Of a stretch of 64,000 nt of DNA, positions 15,171-28,312 are shown one piece after another. The notes below the pieces were generated by a model. It had not been told where the DNA came from, did no database searches, and worked only from the letters and a program-made list of their open reading frames with translations. This stretch comes from Eledone cirrhosa (Eukaryota). Numbering within the stretch: the first letter of the stretch is position 1; each line of letters starts with the position of its first letter. The position numbers and the translations under genes were made by a program. The DNA is taken from the NCBI GenBank assembly GCA_964016885.1, contig OZ024741.1, positions 124,062,001 to 124,126,000 on the forward strand, written 5' to 3'.

Positions 15171-15833
15171 GGAGGATGTTCGATTTCAGAGTCCTGAGAG
15201 ACGTGTGTCACAGACGATCCGAATATGTGGCAGGTCGTACTGGGTTACATGTTAGCATTAACGCTCAAAAGTAACCTCTCACACACAGACACACACATAC
15301 ACACATACATATATATAAACATAGGAAGTATATTCAAATTGACATAGAAAGCGTCACCGTTACATTTGACTAAATACAATAGTCTTAAAAACAGGGACTA
15401 TAAACCCACTGAACATGGGTGTCAGTACACATGGGAATCAAACCCCAAACCCATCATTTGGCGCACGAGTAGGTTACAATTACCTAGTTTTTCCCGTTAT
15501 TTTTTTGAGCTATAACTTAATAGAGGTATGTAAACAAAGGAAGTATGTTTAGAAAGCGGCGAGCAAAAATTGAAATTGGAATAGGTTTCGCCATAATATT
15601 TGATTAAAATATACTTTTTAAAATGGAGTGGAGAACGGAAAATGGTGGAAAATGGTGGGAATCAGGACGCATGAGAGTTGAACCCACACCATATTTTTCC
15701 GTTCAGTGGGTTTATATTAAGATTATTCTATTTAGTGAAATACTACGGTGAAGCCTTATATATATATATATGTGTGTGTGTATGCACATATATATATATG
15801 TATAAATTATATATACACATGTGCATACACACA

Positions 15834-15889
<56 letters not shown>

Positions 15890-15894
15890 ATGGA

Positions 15895-16140
15895 AAAAAG
15901 GGGTAAATAGATATTTTCCTAGAGCATCAATAATTCAAGTTTCCTATATATTATGTGCTTTATATATGTACAAAATACTATGTTTCTCAAACGATGTACA
16001 GCTCTTTCTCAAACTATAAAGCACATATTATTTAGGAAACTTGAATTATTGATGCTCTAGGAAAATATCCATTTAGCCTTTCTACAGAGAAACATAAACA
16101 ACCAACATATATATTTTGTGATAACTTAAATGAGTATATA
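15895..16140. mobile_element. Small inverted-repeat element with tail; related copy at 17780-17965
   Basis: IR 15901-15963/16015-16078; spacer and tail shared with 17780-17965. Confidence 0.6.
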
Positions 16141-16254
16141 TCTGCTACAAATACTTAATTTGTTGAACTGCTTGTTCTGTGACTAGTACTTCGCTCCTCT
16201 TTCTAGCGGATATGAGTCCATTCCTATGTATATCTGCTGCCACAGTTAAAACGT

Positions 16255-17465
16255 TTTTATACCATGCTTAACAGCTCCAGAGTCTCACGAGCCGACTGGG
16301 CCTGATTGACGGCCACCCAGCTCTCTTTCTGCTGAGGAACTGCTTCGCCATGCCGAAGCTCCTCTATACACTCCGCAGCGCTCCGTGCTACACCCAGACA
16401 TCTCTCCTCGCTGACCTCGATACTTGTATCCGAGCGGGAGCCGAGGAGATATGCAACGTCAGGTTTGACGACATAGGGTGGCAACACGCCACTTTACCTG
16501 TCAGGTATGGCGGCCTTGGCCTCCGGTCCCCGATCTCACTAGCTTTGCCGGCATATCTTTCGTCGGTAACCGCGTGCCGCGTCCTCGTCAGCTGGGTTCT
16601 TCAAAACACAACAGAATCCTCTGTGTTCAGAGAACGTGAGGCCGCCTGTGAGAAGTCCCCCCAACGCACTTGGGATGCCATCCAGTGCAGCCTAGCCTCA
16701 GACAGGCTCACGCGCCAGCTCGACCAGCACCGCCCTGCTTGTTTTCGTGCGGCCTCCAAATGCCACAGTGGTGCCTGTCTCCATGCCTTGCCCTCCTTCT
16801 CCACTGGCACGCAGCTAGACAACCATAGCCTGCTCATCGGCGTTTCCCTGATGCTCGGCCCCCGAATCTGCCAGGCACACCAATGTCGCTGCGGTTCCAC
16901 CGTGGACTCTTTCGGCATCCACCCGCATACCTGTCGCCACAGTGCCGGCCACATTCCACGCAATGCTGCCCTCAACAAGGTCATTAAGCATTGCTTGGCC
17001 CCTGCAGGCTTTCTTTCCCAGCTCGAGCCGGTGGGGCTGGATCGAGGGGACGACAAATGGCCAGATGGCATGACCATCTTCCCGTTCCGCGGTGGCAAAC
17101 CCCTCGTCTGGGATGCCACTTGCACTGAGACTTTCTGCAGCCGCACCTGGTGCAGTCTGCGACTGACCCAGGTTCTGCTGCACGTCGGGCTGAGGGGGCT
17201 AAACTTCTCAAATACCGGTCGCTCTCCGACAGGTTTGCGGTCGTACCCCTGGCAGTGGAGACTTCTGGTGTCCTCGGCCCTAGGGCTACCTCCTTACTCC
17301 TTACTCACCACCATAGGCGCTGAGATGGCCAGCCGCAGGTGTGAGCCCCGCGAGTTGGAGTGGATTTTCCAGGCCGTTTCCCTTGCCGTCCTCCGGGGAA
17401 ACGCCTTCTCCATTCTGTCCGTCAGGGATGTGGGTGGGCCCCATTGCGTACCGTTGTAGTTTTTG
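16255..17465 (+). mobile_element. 5'-truncated CRE-like (RLE) non-LTR retrotransposon
   Basis: MPKLLYTLRS, WQHATLPVRYGGLGLRS, CRCG..H...C zinc knuckle, LEPVGL..DKWPDG, LVWDATC restriction-like endonuclease motifs; VPLAVETSGVLG in a shifted frame; high GC. Confidence 0.85.
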
Positions 17466-17964
17466 TAGAAGAAACAGGAAGACAACAACTGGATGCTATA
17501 TATTATTGCAATATCCACATACTTCGTTTCGTTTATAGATATTTCACTGCTCTCACTCTACGGTCCCGACTGATATAAAAGTGTTTTGTTCTCTATACAT
17601 TATTGGAGCTTATCCAAAGAAGAATTCCTCTCATTGATTCGCATCTCAAGCAGCTTTATCAACATCGATAGTTGGTGATCGATGCTTGATTGCTTATATC
17701 GATTTTTTTAAAGGGTTGCAGCCATGAAATGTTAGCGAAAGGAAAGAAGAACTTTTCCACCTTGAAATATTACTAAATATTATGTGCTGTATATATGTAC
17801 AAAATACTGTTTCTCAAACAATGTACAGCTCTTTCTCTCTCTCTCTCTATATATATATATTTTTGAATTTGAATTATTGATGCTCTGGGCAAATGTCCAT
17901 TGAACTTTTCTACTGACAATCATAATCATCATACATATTATATATGTTATGATACCTTATGTTA

Positions 17965-18007
<43 letters not shown>

Positions 18008-18100
18008 ATAGAGAATTAGTATATCTACCAACATATGTATACAGATGTTTATATGGGTTCCTAGTGTCCGCGCATTGCCTGGGAACTTAGCTGAGAATAG

Positions 18101-18182
18101 ACTCCCTTATGACGTAAGGAATTCTCTATAGTTATGTTACGTAACTATATTTATCCCCTTACAGAAACTAATAAGTTGGAGT
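18101..18182 (+). ncRNA. Hammerhead, mutated core (CUUAUGA)
   Basis: Same fold as 18639-18720 with G5>U. Confidence 0.6.
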
Positions 18183-18638
18183 GAAAATTTTAGTAAGTAA
18201 GTTGATTTTTAAATTTTTAAATTTTCTTATTTTACACTTTCATATAATTATTCTGCATCCCCCTGCATAGAACCACAAAGGTACTAAGACATAACATATA
18301 TATTTGCTAGCATGGGTTTACATCTGTATACATATGTTGGTAGATATACTAATTCTCTATATTTATCTCCAAATTATTTGTTGAGTAAAACTTGCCAAAA
18401 TTTACTGCTGTGATTCATGGTAGTAGTATGCTCTTGTCATAATACCACCCCACTCCTCACTGATTAACCTCAGTGTCACGTGATTGATTCTTTAGAATCT
18501 GCCACTGACCAAAGAGGCAGTGAATTTTTTCAGTGTTTTGGAATTTAGTCCCCGCTAGCTTTATTCCATCCACTGAATTATTATTTTTATATGGGTACCT
18601 AGTGTCCGCGCATTGCCTGGGAACTTAGCTAAGAATAG

Positions 18639-18720
18639 ACTCCCTGATGACGTAAGGAATTCACTATAGTTATGTTACGTAACTATATTTATCCCCTTAC
18701 AGAAACTAATTAGTTGGAGT
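18639..18720 (+). ncRNA. Type I hammerhead ribozyme
   Basis: ACTCC-CTGATGA-C-GTAAGG...CCTTAC-A-GAAA-CTAATTAG-TT-GGAGT; palindromic helix III, GUU triplet. Confidence 0.85.
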
Positions 18721-18772
18721 GAACATTTTAGTAAGTTCATTTTTAAATTTTTAAATTTTGTTATTTTACGTC

Positions 18773-18874
<102 letters not shown>

Positions 18875-19110
18875 GGTAAACGGAAATAACAACACAAATA
18901 TAAATAAATAAATAAATATATATATATATATATATATTCATTAGTTAAGCAAAACAAGACCACGAATTTCACAAGGAATTGCTGCTTTCACCCTTAACGG
19001 GATCTTCTGAAACTAAAAAAAATCAATCTGTGAACGCAGAAGCAAATATTTTGAAAAACGTTGCAACCGAAGGAAGACGAGAAGACGATACTTTGGTTAG
19101 TGGAAACGTT

Positions 19111-19380
19111 CCCTGGCAAAGAACGAAAAGAAAAACGAAGATAATACGTCATTAACTGGAGCGGTGAAAACAATTTCACGCAAAGACAAAACCACGTTCA
19201 TGGTATAAATGAAGTCGTAGATTAATATTTTATTAGGTGGTTCGTGGAGACGTACGCTGGCAATGAACAGAAAAAACGAAGATAATACGTCATTATGTGG
19301 ATCGTTGAGAACAATTACACGCAAAGACAAAACCACCGTTATGGTATAACTGAAGACGTAGACTAAAATTCTATTTAGGA
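19111..19380. repeat. Diverged tandem duplication, period about 141 bp
   Basis: CGAAGATAATACGTC at 19136 and 19277; CACGCAAAGACAAAACCAC repeated. Confidence 0.8.
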
Positions 19381-19480
19381 AACCGAATGATTCTCGGCTT
19401 CAGAGTTAAGAATAATTGTTTCTACTTTTGGCACAAGGCCAGCAATTATCCCAGTGTAAGTGTAAGTTAACAGATTAAAA

Positions 19481-19645
19481 TGACCTCATAAGGCAGGCTA
19501 GAACTTAAAAAGAAAAAACACAGGGAAACATAATGGTCGAATAAAGTTTACCTTGTATCAACAAATTAATAAGGTAAACTTTATTCGACTATTATGTTTC
19601 CCTGTTGTTTTTTTGTTTGTTTAAGTTCTACCTGCCTGACGAGGT
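19481..19645. repeat. Inverted repeat ending at a truncated hammerhead core
   Basis: Arms about 19481-19554/19571-19645; CTGACGA-GGTC at right end, CTTATGA-GGTC at the left on - strand. Confidence 0.6.
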
Positions 19646-19820
19646 CTTAACTGATGAATTATGGGTATTAACGAAAAATATATATGTATAAACGAAGTTA
19701 ATTTGAACCTGTTGACTTACACTTCTTGTATGAAATAACTCCGGAGGAAACAGACGCACTGCACATTTGGTTTAGTGCTCTAACATGCACACTGAAGTGT
19801 TGGTAAGCAACCAGCACATA

Positions 19821-19907
<87 letters not shown>

Positions 19908-19922
19908 ATATATATATATATA

Positions 19923-20166
<244 letters not shown>

Positions 20167-20614
20167 GAAAGGATGAATATAAAATGAAAGTGCTTTTGTT
20201 AAAAAAGGAATTTATTAGGTATTGACATATGTTTCTTTAACAGACCGAATACCTATGTATCGCTGCTTGCGTAATCATATAATGTTAGCAAGTATTCGAT
20301 AGCAAATGTATAAACAGTTGTCACTTCTTCAGAGATTTTGGATAAACTGGATAAAATCAGAAAAATTGAAGTATTTATATTAGTAAAAGAGGAAGGAACA
20401 GAGGGGATAGAATATGACAGATGGTAAAATAATTTACTGCTAAACAAGTATATAATGGGTTTTTAATGAGAATACCATGAGTAAATCTAAATAAGAATTT
20501 TGGGAGTGCCGATTTTAATCTCTACTTGACCAACTGGACAGTGGACAGGGCTGGTCATTTGGTGCAGTAGTATTAATCATAAAGTGTCAAACTAAACTAA
20601 ATGAGAACCTTAAA

Positions 20615-21704
20615 CTAAACTAAATGAGAACCTTAAATATGTAAATACGAGTTCTAACCATCCACTCTCTATAATTAAATCCATCCCTAGAAATGTTTCT
20701 CTTAGAATCTCCCGCCTATCGTCCAACCAACAAACCTTCAAAGAACATGCCGAGTATTATGATGATGCACTTAGGAAAGCCGGTCACCTAGATAATATAG
20801 AGTATATAGTCAATGATCACCAAAACACCCAAAATAAATCACATAGGAGTAGAAATAGCACAGAATCACCACCATACATACACTACCGCAATAGACACAA
20901 TAATAGTCGCACACCACCAAACAGAAGGCGATGTAAGGAGTATATCTGGTACAACCCGGTCTATAACAAATCTATTAAAACCAATCTACCCACAAAATTC
21001 TTTCGATTAGTTAGAAAACACTTTCCAACATCACATAAATATAATAAAATCTTAAACCCTAACACCATCCGACTTTCATATTCAACCGCCCCTAATATTG
21101 AACAACATATAAAAATGCTTAACGCAAAACGGTTGTATAAACGCCTTCCAACACATAACAATACACGTAAAACATTTGCTATAACATCACAAAACAACAA
21201 ACAACATCCTGTCCTGCATAAGCAACCTCATCAACCCATCCATGGCAATACAACAACGCAAAATTGTAATTGCAACTGTGTCCAACCAGGAATGTGTCCG
21301 TTGAACAATCAGTGTCTTGAACGCAACATCGTATACAAATGTACTATCGAATCGGATAGACAGAAGTGGTACTATGTGGGATCTACAGCCACCTCCTTTA
21401 AATCACGCCTTTATAGACATCGTTATTCGATAAAACATGAAAACCAGCGTTATGTAACAACACTCGCAGACAAGGCTTGGCAGCTGCGTGAAAATAACCA
21501 ACAATTTCACCTAAAATGGGATATAATAGCGTCTGCCCCCCCCTATATTCCAATGGACAGGAATTTTGTAAATTATGTAATGTAGAATTATTTTGTATTA
21601 TGAAATCCAAAAACATTTTATTAAATAACAGAATAGAGCGATCGTTATACTGTAACCATCGCTTAAAATCTACATTTTCATATTATAAATACTACCAGGA
21701 TTGA
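20615..21704 (+). pseudogene. PLE thumb, zinc motif and GIY-YIG endonuclease
   Basis: LKYVNTSSNHP, RISRLSSN, IWYNP, IRLSYSTAPNI, CNC..CPL..CL, YYVGST, CKLC, YCNHR; frameshift near 21550; close relative of 7214-9322. Confidence 0.88.
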
Positions 21705-22177
21705 ACGCCTGTCTCTATCCCCGTTTGATTGTCAAAATAGATATGAACATTCTTTATTAGTCTTAATTCTATCAACTCTTCTATTATTTACCTTTTAATA
21801 CAAACTGCTATAGATAAAATGTGATTTCTGATTTTTTGATTCAATTCCCTAGTGGAAATACCAGCTGACTACTAGCATTGATGTTATTTAGTAGCAATCG
21901 AAATCTCCCCCTTCCCCAATTGACACTTTATGATTAATACTACTGCACCAAATGACCAGCCCTGTCCACTGTCCAGTTGGTCAAGTAGAGATTAAAATCG
22001 GCACTCCCAAAATTCTTATTTAGATTTACTCATGGTATTCTCATTAAAAACCCATTATATACTTGTTTAGCAGTAAATTATTTTACCATCTGTCATATTC
22101 TATCCCCTCTGTTCCTTCCTCTTTTACTAATATAAATACTTCAGTTTTTCTGATTTTATCCAGTTTATCCAAAATCT

Positions 22178-22293
22178 CTGAAGAAGTGACAACTGTTTAT
22201 ACATTTGCTATCGAATACTTGCTAACATTATATGATTACGCAAGCAGCGATACATAGGTATTCGGTCTGTTACAGAAACATATGTCAATACCT
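22178..22293 (+). ncRNA. Hammerhead-like motif with non-pairing helix I (inverted copy at about 20217-20332)
   Basis: CTGAAGA-A-GTGACA...TGTTAC-A-GAAA-CATATG-TC followed by AATAAA. Confidence 0.55.
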
Positions 22294-22446
22294 AATAAAT
22301 TCCTTTTTTAACAAAAGCACTTTCATTTTATATTCATCCTTTCTACATTTCTCCGGAATATAATTTATACTCGTTGAGCAAACCTGCACGTACGCTGTTC
22401 ATCTCTAACGTAACGATATATTATCACTACATTATTGATAACCTGA

Positions 22447-22490
<44 letters not shown>

Positions 22491-22664
22491 ATAATAATAA
22501 ATGTGAAGACTAAAATCCAAAGAGGAATCGATAAGGATAAATATATATTAAATATATAAGAACCCTAGAGCAAAAATGTATTAAAGTATCAGATTAAAGT
22601 TTCAGAAGATCTCGTTAAGGGTGAAAGGAGCGATTCTTTGCTTAAACTTTAATCTGTTATTTTA

Positions 22665-22716
<52 letters not shown>

Positions 22717-23084
22717 ATGAGTTGAAGTTTGCTTGAAGCATTCAGGAATATGAAAAATGGCCGTTTTTGGAAGCCTCTACAATATCAGCTGGCAGTAGGA
22801 AAAAAGGGGGTAAAACAGGGAGGGAGAAAATAGGAAAAAGAAATGTATAAGAAAAGGAAAACAAGAGATGAATTGATTTATTAGTCCTTACATTTTGGTT
22901 TTATCATCGATCATCACGAGGTACAAAGGAACTTCGGAGATATGTTAGAGAGGAAAGTGGTTGTTTACTGCCAGTAGTGGCAGCGACAGACTGACTTAAT
23001 AAAGCCAACGAATATTTAATATCGCGTTCGGGCTCGCGAAATCGACTTGTCAGTGAATTGTCGACAATGTTAGTATATATATAT

Positions 23085-23215
23085 ACATCTGATGATTTCT
23101 AAAGAATGAAACAGTTCTAGTCCTGTAGAATCTCATCTATATTAAAACTTTTATACTCTGCTATGTATTGAGTACCTTACTTACCGCAGTTACCTCCGAT
23201 TCAACCCGGAATAAC
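23085..23215 (+). mobile_element. Short hammerhead plus tail insert (family shared with 37945, 52290, 57980)
   Basis: CTGATGA-T-TTC/GAA-T-GAAA-CAG...CTG-TA at 23089-23127, 5' helix I strand lost; tail CTATGTATTGAGTACCTTACT. Confidence 0.7.
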
Positions 23216-23235
23216 GTATATATATATATATATAT

Positions 23236-24939
23236 GATGGCTATGCGAATGCCTAGTCTTACGCGACCCCAAATTGATGTTATACTAGCCGCCCGTAGGA
23301 CTATCATCAAATTCGAAGATACACTTTGGACGCGTAAAAACACACCCAACAACTTTGACGTTACAATGGGTTCGAGTGATTCGGCGCAGGTAACTGATCT
23401 TGTTCGGCTGTTACTCTTGAACGAACTATATGTTAGCTTTCCGCACCTTAAAGGGGGACTTTATTGTGACGATGCATTATTTGTGATAAACACTAGCACT
23501 AATAACATTGAGCATAATAGGAAGAAGCTATATAATTTTTTTAAACATTTTAACCTTTCGATCACGATTGATAAGAATGATAGAGCAGTCAACCTTTTAG
23601 ATGTGACATTAGACTTGGTCACTAATAGTTATAAACCCTTCCACAAACCAAACGAGACACTCTCTTACGTTAACCCTAATTCCAACCACCCTAAATCTAT
23701 GATTAGTTCTATAATTAATGGTGTATCTAATAGAATCTCCACACTCTCTAAGGATATAGGAATATTTAATTCACATGCAGAGTATTATAATAATGCTCTA
23801 GCTAACTCTGGTTACTCTGGTAAAATACATTATAAGGAGGACAACCTTGGAATGACTCCGATTACCCATAATAGTGTAATATCCCATAATATGGCCTTGA
23901 ATGGGAGAAGAAAATATAGGAATCATAGAAATCTTATAGATATATCCAAACCGAACCCTAAGTTTAGCTACCGAAATAGTAGTCGAAATAGTGAGTCTAA
24001 CGGTACGCATTTCGAGATTGGTTCTAGGGAACAGGATAGGCGCTCTGAACGTTCACCCAGTGGTAATGTTTTAACTGCTTCTAATAGTGTTAATTCAACT
24101 GTTCCTCGTATTAACCCTGATCCTATTAATAGGATACCAGATTACGCTAGAGATAGTAAACGTAGGAATAGGTGGAGATTCAATACTTACTTTAACCCGC
24201 CTTTTGATCATGAAGTATTAACTAACATCCCTAGGTCTTTCTTTTCTATTTTAGAGAAAAATCTCCTTCCTACTAATAAATATCATGGTATCTTTAATAA
24301 AAATGTAATTAAACTCTCCTTCTCTACCACCCCTAATATTAATTCTCATCTAGCTAGCACTAAAAATAGGAAAATTAGGGATAGCTACTCATCTTTGCGT
24401 ACTGCTAATCTAGATAGCTCTTCGTATCTTATAATAACCCTAGGAATAATGCATCACGTAATCAGCTAGTCACTAGTACCCGGAAGTGTAACTGTAGATT
24501 AAGTAATAACTGCCCTTTAAATGGTCACTGCCTCTCTAGGAACATTGTTTATGCATGTGAAGTTAAGACTAATTCTTCTTGTAGCACATATATAGGCTCC
24601 ACATCGAATACTTCTAAAACTAGGTTTAATTCACATATTTCTAATTTTAAGCATATCAAGTTTAAGAACTCTACTTCTTTGGCACACCATATCTGGGATT
24701 TAAAAGGGGCTGGTATACCATATAGCCTAAATTGGCGAATTGTAGCACACTCTAATCACCTATCAACACACACTAAATTCTGTAATCTCTGTATCCTAGA
24801 GACCCACTCTATAATGTTCTCTAGGAACACATTGCTTAATAGAAAATCTGAGATATTTTCTTCCTGTCCGCATGACATTTCTAATTCTTTCTTCTATTAT
24901 AGACCTAAAAGTTCTGGTAGTTTAAACCGTATCCATTAG
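23236..24939 (+). pseudogene. PLE RT-GIY-YIG polyprotein, 5'-truncated, frameshifted near 24430
   Basis: FDVTMGSSDSAQVTDLV, GGLYCDD, VNLLDVTLDL, YKPFHKPN, SNHP, YFNPPF, CNCR..CPLNGHCL, TYIGST, CNLCILE, LLNRKSEIFSSCPH. Confidence 0.9.
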
Positions 24940-26547
24940 CTGCTATATTTCCCTATCTCTTTGGTTTTAGTTCATTGTTATTACCATTATTATTAGTTTT
25001 CTAAGGTTGTTTTGATTTTCGAATTTTAGTTTTCATAGTCTTATTAGCTACCTTACCATATCTATCATCTTAAACATTATTACATTTTTACTCAATATTA
25101 TCGCCTTGTAAGTTTGTATCTTATTGAATAGTTTAATTTTTGAGTCTCCTACATCTAAAACTAATGAACCTCATCCTTTCCACACTTAATATTCGCCCCT
25201 TTTTATTATATTATATATAAATTCTACTTTTATACTCCTTTTTATTATTATATTATGTATTAATTTTTACTTTTATGATCCTTCCTATCCTCCATAGTTT
25301 CACTTCTTTCTGTTCCCTTTGTTCTACCATAGTTTTATTTAGAGTTTTTTCTTTGATAACGTAATTCGTCTGAATGCATTATATTATATATTGGTAGTAT
25401 TTATAGAAATATCCTAATTTTATACGACTTTGATGACTTAAACTTTATTCCATTTGAAGCGACCAATAATATTTTTTAAGCAATTTTAATATTAATTGAT
25501 TATTAAGGTTTTCTTTTCAATTCTTTAGTTTAGAATAATAATATCCTCTATATTTACATAACGACTTGTTTTACTGTGCTTGTTTTTTTTTTTTTTGTTT
25601 TTGTTTGTTTTTGTTTTTGTTCTTCGTTTTATTTTATTTATTTTTATTTATTTTCTTACTACTACATGCTGTCTGTCTTCCTATCATCATCATCATTATT
25701 TCTTTACTACCACTTGCTGCCTGTCATATTTATATTTTCTGCTTATGTCTCCCTATATTAACCGCGTAAATATATCTTAAACATTATCCATTGACTCTGT
25801 CTGTCTGCTATTTTATTTATAATTATTATAATATTAACATTGATATATCATATTATTTCTATGTGATTGAGTTATAGGTATTAATATATGTCAGATATTT
25901 GAGGTACTGTTTTGTAATATTTTGTAATATTTTGTAATATTTTATGAATGTAAACTGCATATACTTTATGTATTTATATATATGTTTTTTCAACATAACT
26001 TTAGTTTTATATGATATTTTTTTCTTACCCTTGAAAAACTTTATATACAATTTGTTGACATCAAATGATATGTATGATGTAGTTTTGTATGTTTTTTGAT
26101 GTCAGTATATTATTCTATTGTTTTTTTTTGTATAGTTTATGCACACCGTCAGGGTGTTTTTTATATTATAAAGAGTATATTTATATTTATATTTAAATAC
26201 TTCATAAGTGTTAGTATGTGTTTGTGTAAATGTGTATATATATGGACATATATATATATACATATATTAAGCTTTTTCTTTATCCATTATATTGTATTCT
26301 GTATCATATTGTAATTCTCACATTATATTACCATGTTGTATTTAATGTATTTATCTTATACTGTACTTTCAACGTAGGTTTGACATTTCACTCGCTTTCT
26401 TGCTCTATTGTCTATATTTGTAACTGCACGCTTTTAGCTTTAGCATGCTTTTCCTTGATATCTTTCCTAGGCTTTCATGGATATGAATTCCCTATTCTTC
26501 TGAGTTCTGGTTTGTTTTGGCCGTTAATGCTTCTTGTCAATTTACTT

Positions 26548-26588
26548 GCCCTGATGAGTCCTTATTAATGGGACGAAACATTGTAGGC
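26548..26588 (+). ncRNA. Minimal type I hammerhead ribozyme
   Basis: GCC-CTGATGA-GTCC..GGAC-GAAA-CATTG-TA-GGC, AATAAA at 26590-26595. Confidence 0.85.
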
Positions 26589-26863
26589 TAATAAAGAATT
26601 TTGATGTATTAAAGGCTTCTTTGTTTATTTTTATAATTTTTCGGCTCTGTTGTATTACATTGAGCTATATCTTATACTGTCATTTCTATAATACGACGAG
26701 TGTGTTTTACTCCAACGCACACTAGTATTTTAATTCTTATATGTATATATATATATTATATTATGGAATACTGTTGGCTTCTCGCTACAACAATTTCTAT
26801 ACTTTTCATTTATATATATATATGAAACTTCATTTCTGACTCTTAGTACGGCTGATATACATA

Positions 26864-26906
<43 letters not shown>

Positions 26907-26943
26907 CGTTTCTGAATTTGGCAACATGACCCTCCCAAAGTAT

Positions 26944-27091
<148 letters not shown>

Positions 27092-27747
27092 ATATATATA
27101 CTACTAAAGCTTTGTGATTGCTTGCTTGCTTGCTTGGCTGTATTGTAATACAGCCAAAAGTGCGCATAATGGGAAAATACTTTGAAATGAAGTTGACCCT
27201 GAAATGGGAATACAAATCGAAGCAGGGGTGCCCGAGATATGGAGACAGAGATAGAGAGAAAGAGATAGTGGTTGTAAAAGAGTAGATTGAAAGACGGACA
27301 TAGAAAGAGAGGTAGAGGAGACAGAGAAGGCGAATGGAAAAGAGAGAGAGAGAGAGAGCTGGTGCTGTTGTGTACATATATGTGAGTGTGTGTGTATATA
27401 CATATGTGCGTATATGTATGTGTGTGTGTCTATGGCCAGTGTATATAGAACACAGACACCCATATATAAATATATATATATTTATAATTGAACATAATAT
27501 ATATATATATTAATGCATATGAAGTTAGAAAATTTAATGTGCGTACAACTATTTAAATGTCCATATGTTTATAAAAGATTTTTGAGGACAGATGACATTG
27601 CCTTATATTTCTACATACATGTGGGTGTTTATAAATTATCATATTTTTGTACTTATTTCAATATATCTATAGACATGCATATGTTAATTTAAATATTTAA
27701 TGTTGGTGTCTACAATTCTTTTAATATCTAAATGTATATTTATATAT

Positions 27748-28141
27748 AATAATTGTTTCTACTTTTGGCACAAGGCCAGCAATTATCCCAGTACATTACT
27801 GGTAGTTTATTTTATCGACCCCGTAAGGTTGAAAGACAAAGTTAACCTCGTCGGGATTTGAACTAAGACCTTAAAGGGACGTAACTATGCTGGAAAGCAT
27901 GGCGTCCGACCCTCTACCTATACTGCCAATTCACCGCCTTATTTATATATTTATATATAATAATTGTTTCTACTGTTGGCACAAGGCCAGCAATTACCCA
28001 GTACATTACTGGTAGTTTATTTTATCGACCCCGTAAGGATGAAAGACAAAGTTAACCTCGGCGGGATTTGAACTCAGAAGAGACGTAACTATGCTGGAAA
28101 GCATGTCCGACCCTCTACCGATACTGACAATTCACCGCCTT
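27748..28141 (-). mobile_element. Two tandem Nin/Deu-domain-like SINE copies
   Basis: 27748-27940 and 27958-28141, tRNA-like head and conserved core. Confidence 0.85.
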
Positions 28142-28256
28142 ATATATATACGCGAATGTCTAATTTTGTTAATATTTTGAATTTATATATATATATATAT
28201 ATATATTAATTCAAAATATTAACAAAAATAGACATTCGTGTGATCAAGTATATATA

Positions 28257-28312
28257 TTATTATACATATTTCAGAGGTACTGAGCTATCTTCAGTACGTC
28301 CTCATCATATAA
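28257..28312 (-). ncRNA. Decayed hammerhead (C3>A)
   Basis: UUAU-AUGAUGA-helix II GUACUGA/UCAGUAC-GAAA-UAUGUA-UA-AUAA. Confidence 0.55.

Larger units (their letters stand above)
23236..26740 (+). mobile_element. 5'-truncated Naiad-type PLE with about 1.6-kb AT-rich 3' UTR
   Basis: RT and GIY-YIG remnant, terminal hammerhead and AATAAA, (TA)n flanks. Confidence 0.85.

Noticed and set aside
20253-22257. Duplicated 64-aa ORF (20253-20447 and 22063-22257)
   Set aside because: By-product of the inverted pseudo-LTR overlapping the ribozyme; TTG start and no protein motif
27748-28141. tRNA genes
   Set aside because: A/B boxes belong to SINE heads; no cloverleaf evident
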